A stretch of DNA of 64,000 nt from Spirochaetia bacterium (GCA_965226055.1 CBDDCA010000005.1:64001-128000), one strand, 5' to 3'; counted from the first letter of the stretch, positions 50,283 to 60,804 are shown. A program made the numbers and translations. Notes: generated by a model not told the origin, from the letters alone.

Positions 50283-51238
50283 TATCTAGTGGCTTCTATT
50301 AACTTCTTATATGTTTCATGATTATCAAGATAAAATTGTGTAAACGCTTGATTATCTTTTAAGTCAATAAATATACCAGCTTTCTTTGCTTCTGCTTGAT
50401 ATTCTGTATTATTAAATGCTTTCTCAAATGCATCAGAAAGTGAAGCAACAACATCCGATGATACTCCAGATGGAGCAACAAGTCCTCTCCACATGGTATG
50501 AGTAAAATTAAAACCAGATTCTTGTACACTAGGAATATCAGATCGATTTTCAAAGCGATTAGCACTAGTAATAGCAATAGGAACAACATTGCCTGCCTCA
50601 ATTTGTGGCAATGCTTCTGCAACAAAGGGCACAGCAACCATACAATTATTTCCTGCCACAGCATTCACTGCTGCAGCCCCGCCTTGAAACACTAGCCGCT
50701 TAAATGTTATGCCTGCAGAATCTTCCAATGAAGCTCGTAAAAAATCATGACTTGTCCATGCTCCTCCAAGACCGAATGTAATTTCTCCAGGGTTTTCTTT
50801 TGCTTTTTGAATCAGAGCATCAATAGAAGTAATACCAGAATCTTTACTGGCAACAATAATATGAGGGTCTGCAGCATATTGAATCAATGGAGTAAATGAA
50901 TCTACAGTATACGAGATACCTTCAAAGAGTAAATTACCATTTGAATCAGGAGAAGAAAAATATCCAATAGTATATCCATCATTTTTAGAACGTGCTAATT
51001 TCGTATACCCAATAGTACCACTTCCACCAGTAACATTAGATACAACAATAGGTGAACCTAGTTCTTTTTCAGCATATTTAGCAAGCAGGCGAGTAGATAT
51101 ATCAGCTCCACCACCAGCCCCCCATGGAACTATCAATGTAATAGGTCTTGTTGGATAAGACGCTTCTTCATCCTGTGCACCAGCCCACACAGAATACGAT
51201 ATTAAAAAAACCAGAAAAAACAACAGTAATTTTTTCAT
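50282..51238 (-). CDS. tctC: tripartite tricarboxylate transporter substrate-binding protein
   Basis: YPTRPITLIVPWGAGGGAD, NVTGGSG, DGYT, WRGLVAP. Confidence 0.92.
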   Translation of the reverse strand: MKKLLLFFLVFLISYSVWAGAQDEEASYPTRPITLIVPWGAGGGADISTRLLAKYAEKELGSPIVVSNVTGGSGTIGYTKLARSKNDGYTIGYFSSPDSNGNLLFEGISYTVDSFTPLIQYAADPHIIVASKDSGITSIDALIQKAKENPGEITFGLGGAWTSHDFLRASLEDSAGITFKRLVFQGGAAAVNAVAGNNCMVAVPFVAEALPQIEAGNVVPIAITSANRFENRSDIPSVQESGFNFTHTMWRGLVAPSGVSSDVVASLSDAFEKAFNNTEYQAEAKKAGIFIDLKDNQAFTQFYLDNHETYKKLIEATR

Positions 51239-51385
51239 AATACACTCCTTTTATTTTTTATAAATATAGTAATAATAAACAAATGCTTACTCTATTTAAT
51301 AAATTTAATTATAAAGCATATGAGAATAAATATCAAGAGATTTGGAATTAATCTTGTAGATTCAAATATTATATGCAGAAAGAAG

Positions 51386-51420
51386 AAAAAGGAATACAAG
51401 ATATTCTTGTATTCCTTTTT
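51386..51420 (-). terminator. hairpin downstream of paralog 4
   Basis: Perfect 16-bp inverted repeat AAAAAGGAATACAAGA-tat-TCTTGTATTCCTTTTT. Confidence 0.75.
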
Positions 51421-51430
51421 TTAATAGATG

Positions 51431-54400
51431 CTATATTCGTCTACAAAGGGGGTTTGTACGTATATTTAATATTGTTGGATATTGATTTTTCTTATTATAC
51501 ATAGGACTATCCTTAAACATATCTTTATCATCAACAGTACTACCAGGTTCTAAACATAAATTCCATTTTGATAAATTTTGATCAAATGCCCTTGCTTCCT
51601 CAAACATACTAGTAAATTTTACTCTATTATATACTACCCAAGCCGATATATCTTGATTAAATTTTAGAGCACCATAGAACATGGTAGTCAAATTTTGAAC
51701 ATTATTCACTACCCAAGTCGATATATCTTGATTAAATGTTTCAGCAGACACAAACATAGATGACATATTTTGAACATTACTTACATCCCAATCCGATATA
51801 TCTTGATTAAATTTTAGAGCACCATAGAACATTTGTTGCATATCTGTCACTTTACTTACATTCCATTTCGATATATCCTTATCAAATACAAAAGCTCTAT
51901 TGAATAATAATGACATATCCGTAACTTTACCTGTATTCCAATTTGAAATATCACTATTAAACACCTCTAACTCATGAAACATACCAAACATATCCGTAAC
52001 TTCACTTGTATTCCAATTTGAAATATCCCCATTAAATGTCTTCTTTCTTAAATTTCTATATACAAACTTATCTCGTGTATCAAATAAATTTTCCATATTA
52101 GTAATAGCACTGGTATCTATCATGTTAAGATTAGGAGCATTTCCTTGTGCCTTTACCTCTGCATCTATAATATCTCTCAACGCATTCTTTGTCGTTGGCC
52201 TATAGTAATTAGCTGCTTTTCCTTGTACTGCTTGTAGCCCTGTTTGTATTGTAATGCTACGCCTTTGCTGTCCTGCATGAGATCCTGTTCCTGTACATAC
52301 TAAAGTGTATTTATACTCTCTAATAAAAGGATCATGCTCATTTGATTTGTTAGGCTTGCCAGTGATACCATCTCTTACAGAAAATTGCAAGCCTGTCTCT
52401 TTCGTTAGTGCATCAATAGTACAGCTAAACGTTGCATTGCTTGGATCTTTTGTTATCGTTATTGGCGTAATAGCAGTACCTACTGTATATGTACTATTAC
52501 TATTTTGCAACTCTATAGTAAAGGTTGCGGTGGTAACACTTTCTGCAGAAGTAGGGGCAGATCTATTGTTTATAATGCTATTTACTGCCTCTACGGTAAT
52601 AAAGTACTTCTGTCCTTTGTTGAGATTGCCTAGTACATATATTGCTTTCGATGTTACATCAGTTTTTACTCCTCCTACTTTTGCATCTTGATTGCTTCCT
52701 TTTGCTTGCTCTGCCTGTGCTTGTGTTTTTACCTGTGCTGCTGTCAAGGTACTTGTCGATGCATAGTAGTATAATGTATAGTTTAGCTCATCCTCTGTCA
52801 ATCCTGTACCATCTGTCTTTGTTCCTCTAAAACTCGGTGCAGTAACATCTACCTCTATTGTATTGCCATTTGCTTCTAGTGCTACAGTAGGGGTATTAGG
52901 CGCTGCTCCTTGTGCTGTCTTAAACTCTGCTCTCTTACCATCTGACATTTTTGTGGTATCGGTACTGTTTACTGCTTGTACTACTACTTCGTAATTTACT
53001 CCTGCTTTAAGGCTTGTCAATCCTGCTGTCTTTACATTTGCTCCTATTGTCATAGGACTACTATCTGCTGCTTTAATCTGTGCTACTGTTCTTGCTGTTG
53101 CTCCTTTTTCCGCATGATACACTTTATATGACACTTGACTGGCTTGCAATGCTGTCCCTGCCTTGTTCTTATAATTATTCCCTAATGTAGGCGCATCCCA
53201 TTGCACCGTTGCCGTGCCATTTGCTCCCCCTGAAATTGAAGTAAAAGTAATAGCATTTACCTCAGCAGGAACAAGGGTATCTACAAGAATACTTTCCACA
53301 TCTGACACTACCTTTACATCAAGATCTGTTTTTACTGCTATTTGAAATACAAAATGATATCGCTTTCCTTTAATAGAAGCTCCGCCTACTGTTGAAAGTG
53401 CATTTAGTGTATATTTTCCTCCTGTTATTGTAGATCCACTTAGTGTAGGAAGTGCTATTTCTGATCCCTTATCTATCACTTCTTGTGCAGCAGGCACTGT
53501 ATCCTGTTGAAGACCAAATACCCTATATACTAACTTATTATTATCGTATATATTACGTCCACCTCTTTCTTGTGTTTCTACTCTATCTAATCCAGAGCCA
53601 TAAGAAAATGTAGACAGTTGTGTCAATACTAGCTTTATCGCTCCTATTGGGGATGACTGTGATACTGCTAACTTATTTACAATCAATGCCTTATGGGGAG
53701 CTCGTGCCTGTGATACACTTTTTGTTGAGGTAGCCTCTTTTACATTGCTATATACTACTTTTGTTGCATCTGTTAGTATTGCTACTTCTACCACAAAATG
53801 ATACTTCGTTGCTGATTCCAAAGCAAAGGAGAAAGAATTAGCAAAAAGGGATATTCCTTGCTGAAGAGGCCTTAGGTTTATTTCTGTTCCCTGACGAACT
53901 TCTGTTGCTGTTGGCACACTTCCTGTATCTTTTAGCATATATACTTTGTATCCAAGATCTCCATTTGCAGTTACAGATGTTCCATCAAATTTCTTTGCAC
54001 CAGTAAATGCAGTAGCCAGAGTAACTTCGAGGCTAATACCACCTCCCCCTATACCAGCATTTGTTGTTAGTGTGAGGTTATCTGCTATCACTGATTGATT
54101 TAGAGGGGCTGCTTGAGACACTGTTATCCTTTGTACCGTACTGTATACTCTTTTTCCTGGTGCTCTTGCTATTGCTACCTCTGCCACAAAATGATACTTC
54201 TTGCCTCCATCTAGGTCTATTTGTGCTGCTGAATCGCTTGTTAGCCCTAGCTTATCCAACGCTTCCACTGTGTACTTGCCTCCACTTACTGTGCCTATGG
54301 CTATTTTTCTTCCATTGCTTACTATCTCTTGCACATTTGCTGGGTTCGTATCTTTCTGTAAGCCGTACACGGTATATACAAGATCACTGTTATCTGTTAT

Positions 54401-57400
54401 TGTTTGTCCTGTACTGTCTTTTGCATTCGTAAACTGTGTCAGTTGTGTGAGCTCTAGCTTTAATTTTTCTACTGTACTTGATTGTCCCAACGATAGTATA
54501 TTGTTCACTAAGGATTGTTCTGGCGGTACTGCTGGTGATACTGTAATGCTCTCTATAGTACTCAATACTTTTTTTGTCTTGTCTGTTGCCACTGCTACCT
54601 CTGCTACAAAATGATACTGCTTGCCTACTACAAGCGATACTTGTGCTGCTGAATCGCTTGTTAATCCTAGCTTATCCAATGCTTCTACTGTGTATACTCC
54701 TGCAGTGTTTGCTCCACTGGCACTGCCTATGGCTACTTTTCTTCCATTGCTTACTACTTCTTGTGCATTTGCTGGGTTCGTATCTTTCTGTAAGCCGTAC
54801 ACTGTGTAGCTCAGCCCTGTGTTATCGTTTATCGCTGCTCCTGTGTCTGCTTTGAGTCCCGTAAAACTTGTCAATCTTCGTAATGTGAGCTTTACGGCTC
54901 CTGTGCTACTTGATTGTTCCATAGAAAAATTACCAGACAATGCCCCTGCTGATGGTGCTACTGCTTCTGAATCTGTCGTCACACTTTCTACATTGCCTAC
55001 TACTTTCTTGGTCATATCTGTTGCTACTGCTACCTCTACTACAAAATGATATTGCTTATTGCCAAGTATCCCTACTTGTGCTGAAGAGTCTGTAGTAAGC
55101 CCTAACTTATCTAAGCTATTGACTGTATACTTGCCTGCACTTACTGTGCCTATGGCTACTTTCCTTCCTGCAAGTACTTCATTTTTCGTAGGTGTGGTAT
55201 CTTTCTGTAAGCCGTACACTGTGTAGCTCAGCCCTGTGTTATCGTTTATCGCTGCTCCTGTGTCTGCTTTGAGTCCTGTAAAGCTCGTGAGTACTGTTAC
55301 TTCTAGCTTTACTTCTCCTACTGTTGTCGATTTACTCACTGCTAATATATCGTTCACTGAGGACTGCTGAGGTGCTACTGCTTTTGACGCTGTCTTTACT
55401 GTCTCTACAGTACTGTACACTTTCTTTGTTGTATCTGTTTTTACTGCTACTTCTGCGACAAAATAGTAATCTCTGTTGCCTTGTATCGTTTCTACTGAGG
55501 GACTTGCTCCGAGTGTTGTGAGTGCATTGATTGTATACTTTCCGCCACTTACTGACCCTAATGCTACTTTCTTGTTATTGTTTACTATATCCTGTATACT
55601 TGGGGCTGTTCCTGTCTTTTGTAGTCCATATACTGTATAGATAAGTCCTGCATTGCTAGTAATATCTACTCCTACATCATCTTTTGCATTCGTAAATTGC
55701 GTCAATACTGTGAGATCTACTTTTACTGCTCCTACTGTTGTTGATTTACCTACCACTAATATATCGTTCACTAAGGACTGCGCAGGTGCTACTGCTTTTG
55801 ATGACAGTACTACCGTCTTTATTGTTCCTACTACTTTCTTTGCCACATCTGTCTTTATTGCTACTTCTACTACAAAATGATACTGCTTTCTCTCTACTAT
55901 ATCTATTTGTCCTCCTGCATCTGTGGTAAGCCCTAACTTACTCAAGCCAGAGACTGTATACTTACCACCTCTTGCACTTCCTATAGCTACTTTTCTCCCG
56001 TTTGTTATTACTTCTTGCCTATTTGCTGGGTTCGTATCTTTCTGTAAGCCATATACCGTATATACCAGTCCTGCATTACTGGTGATTGCTGTTCCTGTAT
56101 CGTCTTTTGCTTGTGCACTTGCAAAGTTTGTCAACTCTGTGAGTTCCAAGTCTATCGTGCCTGTTGGTATTGGGTTTGTTTCCTCTACTGTCAAGAGCGG
56201 GTTTATTGCAATTTGTAGCGGTGCTTTTGCTTGCGAGCCTGTTGTCACACTTTCTACTGCTCCGTATACTTTCTTGGTCGTATCTGTTTTTACTGCTACT
56301 TCTACCACAAAATGATATTGCGCTTTCCCTTTTATTGCTATTTGTACCTTTGGCGTTTCGCTTGTCAAGCCTAATTTATCTACTCCATCCTGGGTATACT
56401 TGCCTCCACTTGCACTTCCTATGGCTACTTTTCTTCCATTGCTTACTACTTCTTGTGCATTTGCTGGGTTCGTATCTTTTTGCAAGCCATATACGGTATA
56501 TACCAGCCCGTCATTATTGGTTATCGGATTTCCTGACGCATCTATTGCATTGGTAAATGCTGTCAACTCGGTCACTTCTATTTTTATTGTCCCTTCTCTT
56601 GTCAGTGACTTACTCACTGCTAAGATATCATTCACTAAGGACTGGGCTGGCGGTACTGCTTGTACTCCTTCCATTGTCAGCTTCTTTATTGTTCCTGCTG
56701 TTCCGCTTGCCACTTTTGTGCTATTGAGTGTATTTATCGCTGCTACTCCTACCGTATAGGTCTTTTTGTCTTCTCCTGCAAAGGTGATGCTGTGCTTGGT
56801 CGCACTATTGCTTCCTTGTACCACACGGCTTCTTACTCCGCTTTCTGCTTGTATTTCGTCTAGGGTGCTATGGTCTCCTTCTGCTATGTACACTCTATAC
56901 TCTACTTGTGATTGTGATAACTCCGTCCCTGCTGGTGTTTTATACGATGCTCCAAATGTTCCTATACTAAACTCATAGATCCCCTTAAATGATTGTGCTT
57001 CTTTCAAGGTTGCTGCACTGGGCATAGGTGGGGCTGTCGATACACTATCCCATACTTTGAGCTTTGTGCTTGCTATGTCTGTTGCGGGACTTACTTGCCC
57101 GCCTTTTATTTCTATTAGAAAAAACCCATACTCTTTTGCTGTTCCTTCTGTGCTTGCTACTTCTAGGCCATCTGCTATCCCAAAGTATACTTCTTTTGTA
57201 CTTCCTGTTATGCTCTTTTCTGCTATAACTGTTGCTCCTTCGTTCATCCTTACTCGATAATAAATACTACTTCCAGGGCCTGTCTTAAATGCTACCTTTG
57301 CTCTTATTGCTCCGCTCTTATCAAGCGTAATCCCTTCTACTCCATCCTTTGAGGGGGCCGCCAGTGCTGCTGGTACTGTCACCTCTGCTGTTTTTTCACT

Positions 57401-59110
57401 CTCGTTTCCTGCATAATCTTTACTCAATATCTTTACTTCGTAGGTCTTTCCTGATTCTAAACTTGCTATTTCTTTATAGAAACGGGTCGCTGGATACTTC
57501 ACTGCTGTCGATGGCAACACTTCGGTATTGGGGGCTTCTTTCTCTGCTACACTTACTAGATATTCTTTTATGTCTTGATTTTTCGCAAGTGTAGTATTTG
57601 GTGCTCCCCACTCTATACGCAACGCTTTCTTGCCTCCTGAAAGTACTACTTTACTGGTGATACTTCCTACGGCATCAGGTGCTTCTGTATCTGCATTTGT
57701 GAGCGTTGTCACTTCTTTTTCTGCTGCTGCTCCTTCGTTATCAGCACTATCAAGCGATACGACTTTCACCTTGTATTTTGTTGCTGCTTCCAAGCCTGTT
57801 ATTTCGGCATTCCTTACACTACTGCTCCTTATCGTCTCTGTCTTTACTACTGTTATCCCTTGCATTACTGTTATCTTTACTCCTGCATAATCTCCTACTT
57901 GCGGTGCTTGCCAGCTTACTATCACTCTAGTTTGCCCTGCTACTACTCCCACATTTGTTACTGTTTCTGTCTGCTTATCGGTGGTTGTTCCTTCTTTCTC
58001 TACTGCCGTATAGTATCTCCCGTTCTTATAGGGTCGCACTATCGCTTTGTAGCTCTGTACTCCATAGAGCTTGGTTACTGCTACGCCATTCTGCCCTACA
58101 TACAGCATCCCTTTTTCTTCTGTCGCATTTGCTACTTGGGCAACACTGTTTTTTGTCACACGGGCATCTGCTACTACTTGTCCCGTGCTTGTCTCTACCA
58201 CTACCAACAGTTCTACTTCACCGCTTACATCGTAATTCCCCCATGTAATAAGCAGACTCTCATCTGCTGCTGCTCCTGTTTTATCTTTTGCTTCTACTTT
58301 TACATTTGATGCTTGTAACGCAGGCACTGCTTCTCCGAGCTTTGAGGGATCTATATCTGTCAATTCTTCTTTTATGCTTGCTTTGTTGCCATTGATATCT
58401 TCATAGACTATCTTTACATCGTAGCGTACATTACTGCTTGTCGCTACCGAAAACGCAAGTTCTCCGCTCTCTATATTGGTTATTTCTTTTTTCGCTACTA
58501 CCTCTCCTGATGCATTTTCTATTTGCACTTCTGCTTTGCTTATATCGGTTTTGCCTTTCCCTAGCCTCTTTGTGTCCCATACTACTTTGAGCTGGTTGTC
58601 TCCTGCTTTCTCTACTCCTACATGAAAAAAGCCATCTTGCGGGGCAGTGGTATCCGCTGCGGTAATAATTTCTTGCGATACCTTTGACGACTTCTGACTT
58701 CCTGATTGCGCTTCTACCTCTATCGTATAGGCGGTATGCTCTTTCAAGCCTTTTAGCTCGTATTTTAGCCTTCCCAAAAAGAGTTCTTTATATTCCTGTG
58801 CGGGTACTGTTACGCTAAAAGACTGCCCTGTAGTGCCTACGGGACTTGCGGTGATGACCACACTGTCTGCTGCTACTGGTGCTTCCCAGCTGAGCTCTAG
58901 TGATCCATTATCTGATACTGATGTTATTGATAAATCTGATACTGACCCAAGTGTTGTCGGTGTCGGTGGAGTAGGATCAGACCCTCCTCCTGATGAACTG
59001 CTACTACTATCTGTACATGCTATGAGTATAGCAGCTATCACTATATATACGAGAAAAGAGAGTTTACCCCCCCCCCCCCACATTTTTTGTGTTATATTAT
59101 TTCTTATCAT
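51431..59110 (-). CDS. giant Fn3/Ig-like plus DUF285 surface lipoprotein, paralog 4 (2559 aa; G13 tract in frame)
   Basis: RBS AAGGAG; N-terminus MIRNNITQKMWGGGGK...ILIAC followed by a Ser/Gly tether. Eight stalk repeats of about 140 aa and C-terminal DUF285 repeats. Confidence 0.9.
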   Translation of the reverse strand: MIRNNITQKMWGGGGKLSFLVYIVIAAILIACTDSSSSSSGGGSDPTPPTPTTLGSVSDLSITSVSDNGSLELSWEAPVAADSVVITASPVGTTGQSFSVTVPAQEYKELFLGRLKYELKGLKEHTAYTIEVEAQSGSQKSSKVSQEIITAADTTAPQDGFFHVGVEKAGDNQLKVVWDTKRLGKGKTDISKAEVQIENASGEVVAKKEITNIESGELAFSVATSSNVRYDVKIVYEDINGNKASIKEELTDIDPSKLGEAVPALQASNVKVEAKDKTGAAADESLLITWGNYDVSGEVELLVVVETSTGQVVADARVTKNSVAQVANATEEKGMLYVGQNGVAVTKLYGVQSYKAIVRPYKNGRYYTAVEKEGTTTDKQTETVTNVGVVAGQTRVIVSWQAPQVGDYAGVKITVMQGITVVKTETIRSSSVRNAEITGLEAATKYKVKVVSLDSADNEGAAAEKEVTTLTNADTEAPDAVGSITSKVVLSGGKKALRIEWGAPNTTLAKNQDIKEYLVSVAEKEAPNTEVLPSTAVKYPATRFYKEIASLESGKTYEVKILSKDYAGNESEKTAEVTVPAALAAPSKDGVEGITLDKSGAIRAKVAFKTGPGSSIYYRVRMNEGATVIAEKSITGSTKEVYFGIADGLEVASTEGTAKEYGFFLIEIKGGQVSPATDIASTKLKVWDSVSTAPPMPSAATLKEAQSFKGIYEFSIGTFGASYKTPAGTELSQSQVEYRVYIAEGDHSTLDEIQAESGVRSRVVQGSNSATKHSITFAGEDKKTYTVGVAAINTLNSTKVASGTAGTIKKLTMEGVQAVPPAQSLVNDILAVSKSLTREGTIKIEVTELTAFTNAIDASGNPITNNDGLVYTVYGLQKDTNPANAQEVVSNGRKVAIGSASGGKYTQDGVDKLGLTSETPKVQIAIKGKAQYHFVVEVAVKTDTTKKVYGAVESVTTGSQAKAPLQIAINPLLTVEETNPIPTGTIDLELTELTNFASAQAKDDTGTAITSNAGLVYTVYGLQKDTNPANRQEVITNGRKVAIGSARGGKYTVSGLSKLGLTTDAGGQIDIVERKQYHFVVEVAIKTDVAKKVVGTIKTVVLSSKAVAPAQSLVNDILVVGKSTTVGAVKVDLTVLTQFTNAKDDVGVDITSNAGLIYTVYGLQKTGTAPSIQDIVNNNKKVALGSVSGGKYTINALTTLGASPSVETIQGNRDYYFVAEVAVKTDTTKKVYSTVETVKTASKAVAPQQSSVNDILAVSKSTTVGEVKLEVTVLTSFTGLKADTGAAINDNTGLSYTVYGLQKDTTPTKNEVLAGRKVAIGTVSAGKYTVNSLDKLGLTTDSSAQVGILGNKQYHFVVEVAVATDMTKKVVGNVESVTTDSEAVAPSAGALSGNFSMEQSSSTGAVKLTLRRLTSFTGLKADTGAAINDNTGLSYTVYGLQKDTNPANAQEVVSNGRKVAIGSASGANTAGVYTVEALDKLGLTSDSAAQVSLVVGKQYHFVAEVAVATDKTKKVLSTIESITVSPAVPPEQSLVNNILSLGQSSTVEKLKLELTQLTQFTNAKDSTGQTITDNSDLVYTVYGLQKDTNPANVQEIVSNGRKIAIGTVSGGKYTVEALDKLGLTSDSAAQIDLDGGKKYHFVAEVAIARAPGKRVYSTVQRITVSQAAPLNQSVIADNLTLTTNAGIGGGGISLEVTLATAFTGAKKFDGTSVTANGDLGYKVYMLKDTGSVPTATEVRQGTEINLRPLQQGISLFANSFSFALESATKYHFVVEVAILTDATKVVYSNVKEATSTKSVSQARAPHKALIVNKLAVSQSSPIGAIKLVLTQLSTFSYGSGLDRVETQERGGRNIYDNNKLVYRVFGLQQDTVPAAQEVIDKGSEIALPTLSGSTITGGKYTLNALSTVGGASIKGKRYHFVFQIAVKTDLDVKVVSDVESILVDTLVPAEVNAITFTSISGGANGTATVQWDAPTLGNNYKNKAGTALQASQVSYKVYHAEKGATARTVAQIKAADSSPMTIGANVKTAGLTSLKAGVNYEVVVQAVNSTDTTKMSDGKRAEFKTAQGAAPNTPTVALEANGNTIEVDVTAPSFRGTKTDGTGLTEDELNYTLYYYASTSTLTAAQVKTQAQAEQAKGSNQDAKVGGVKTDVTSKAIYVLGNLNKGQKYFITVEAVNSIINNRSAPTSAESVTTATFTIELQNSNSTYTVGTAITPITITKDPSNATFSCTIDALTKETGLQFSVRDGITGKPNKSNEHDPFIREYKYTLVCTGTGSHAGQQRRSITIQTGLQAVQGKAANYYRPTTKNALRDIIDAEVKAQGNAPNLNMIDTSAITNMENLFDTRDKFVYRNLRKKTFNGDISNWNTSEVTDMFGMFHELEVFNSDISNWNTGKVTDMSLLFNRAFVFDKDISKWNVSKVTDMQQMFYGALKFNQDISDWDVSNVQNMSSMFVSAETFNQDISTWVVNNVQNLTTMFYGALKFNQDISAWVVYNRVKFTSMFEEARAFDQNLSKWNLCLEPGSTVDDKDMFKDSPMYNKKNQYPTILNIRTNPLCRRI
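53280..56660 (-). repeat. 8 tandem coding repeats of about 410-430 bp
   Basis: Recurrent motif AP.QS....L.V..S...G..KL.LT.LT.FT...YTVYGLQKDT...RKVAIG...YHFVVEVA..TD..K. Boundaries approximate. Confidence 0.85.
59067..59079 (-). repeat. poly-G13 homopolymer in signal-peptide coding region
   Basis: C13 on the + strand, encoding WGGGG. In frame. Confidence 0.88.
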
Positions 59111-59150
59111 ACATCACTCCTTATGATATAATTTTATTTTTATCATTTAC

Positions 59151-59200
59151 ATTATACATATTATTTCCTATTTTGTCAATATAGATAAAAAAAAAAAAAA
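59151..59200 (-). promoter_or_regulatory. consensus sigma70 promoter with an upstream T14 tract
   Basis: TTGACA (59179-59174), 17-nt spacer, TATAAT (59156-59151). T14 at 59200-59187. Confidence 0.75.
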
Positions 59201-59400
59201 TACACTTTTTTTTATCGCGTTTAATATTTTTGAACCTGACTTCCTTCTTCAACAGAAAGATTAGTATTGTTACCATAGAAAAATTTCAAAAAAATGGAAT
59301 TTCCAAGTAAAAACACTATTTCCACTTTTGCCAATAAAATACAGTTATGCTATACTATAGAAATAACTATAATAATAGAAAATAATTATTAGGAGAATAT

Positions 59401-60804
59401 ATGGCACATAACACCTTATTAGATAAAGTATGGAATTTACATAAAGTGAATGAACTTCCAAGTGGAGAAGATCAGCTGTTTATTGGATTACATCTCATTC
59501 ATGAGGTTACTTCGCCTCAAGCGTTTCAAATGATACGAGAAAAGGGCTTACCAGTAAAATATCCTTCCCGTACCTTTGCTACAGTAGATCACATTGTCCC
59601 GACTAATACAGTAGCACGTCCCTTTTCTGATGCTATGGCCGAAAACATGATGAAAGAGCTGGAAAAAAACACGGTAGAGTTTGGCATTCCTTTTTTCAAT
59701 CATCAAACAAACAAACAGGGAATCGTACATGTTATTGGCCCTGAACTTGGACTTACACAGCCGGGCATGACCATTGCATGCGGAGACAGCCATACATCCA
59801 CCCACGGAGCATTTGGTTCTATTGGGCTTGGTATTGGTACATCTCAAGTACGCGATGTATTTGCCACACAATGTATTTCAATAAAAAAACCAAAAGTAAG
59901 AAAAATACAAGTCGATGGAACATTACAAGATGGCGTATATGCAAAAGATATTATTCTTGCTATTATTTCAAAACTAGGAGTAATGGGAGGACTTGGCTTT
60001 GCCTATGAGTATGCAGGAACAGCTATAGAAAAACTAAGCATGGAAGAGCGCATGACTATATGTAATATGAGCATTGAAGGAGGAGCGAGAGTTGGGTATG
60101 TAAATCCAGATGAAATAACATTTTCTTACATAGAAGGACGACAATATGCTCCTAAAGGAGAAGAGTTTGAGGCAGCAAAAAAATACTGGAAAGAGATAGC
60201 GTCTACAACAAACTCAGAATATGATGATATATTTTCCCTTGATGCAAATACACTGACTCCAATGCTCACATGGGGCATTACTCCTGGACAAGCTATGCCC
60301 ATCAATGAAACTACCCCTGCATTAGATACTCTTGACGAAGATACAAGACAGCTTACAGAAAAAGCCTTGCAACATATGAAATTCAAAGAAAAAGAAAGTC
60401 TTTTGGGGAAAAAAATTGATGTAGCGTTTATTGGTTCTTGTACAAATGGACGTTTAAGCGATCTTCGTGAAGCAGCAAAAATACTAAAAAATAAAAAAGT
60501 GCATAATACTGTGCATGCGTTTGTAGTTCCCGGTTCGCAGCAAGTAGCAAAAGCTGCTGAAGCCGAAGGCTTACATGAAATTTTTATGTCGTCAGGCTTT
60601 GAATGGAGAGGATCAGGCTGTTCTATTTGTTTAGGTATGAACACTGACAAATTAAAAGGAGACGAACTGTGTGTAAGCTCATCAAATAGAAATTTTATAG
60701 GAAGACAAGGTTCTCCCACAGGACGCACAGTACTTATGAGTCCTTCAATGGTAGCGACCGCAGCTATTTATGGAAAGATAGAAGATGTAAGAAACATACT
60801 TTAA
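59401..60804 (+). CDS. leuC: 3-isopropylmalate dehydratase large subunit
   Basis: [46 protein letters not shown]. Confidence 0.96.
   Translation: MAHNTLLDKVWNLHKVNELPSGEDQLFIGLHLIHEVTSPQAFQMIREKGLPVKYPSRTFATVDHIVPTNTVARPFSDAMAENMMKELEKNTVEFGIPFFNHQTNKQGIVHVIGPELGLTQPGMTIACGDSHTSTHGAFGSIGLGIGTSQVRDVFATQCISIKKPKVRKIQVDGTLQDGVYAKDIILAIISKLGVMGGLGFAYEYAGTAIEKLSMEERMTICNMSIEGGARVGYVNPDEITFSYIEGRQYAPKGEEFEAAKKYWKEIASTTNSEYDDIFSLDANTLTPMLTWGITPGQAMPINETTPALDTLDEDTRQLTEKALQHMKFKEKESLLGKKIDVAFIGSCTNGRLSDLREAAKILKNKKVHNTVHAFVVPGSQQVAKAAEAEGLHEIFMSSGFEWRGSGCSICLGMNTDKLKGDELCVSSSNRNFIGRQGSPTGRTVLMSPSMVATAAIYGKIEDVRNIL

Noticed and set aside
60126-60728. 200-aa ORF antisense to leuC (similarly 39184-39759 against ompA and 35567-35983 against sodA)
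   Set aside because: Shadow frames of well-conserved genes, with no independent support.
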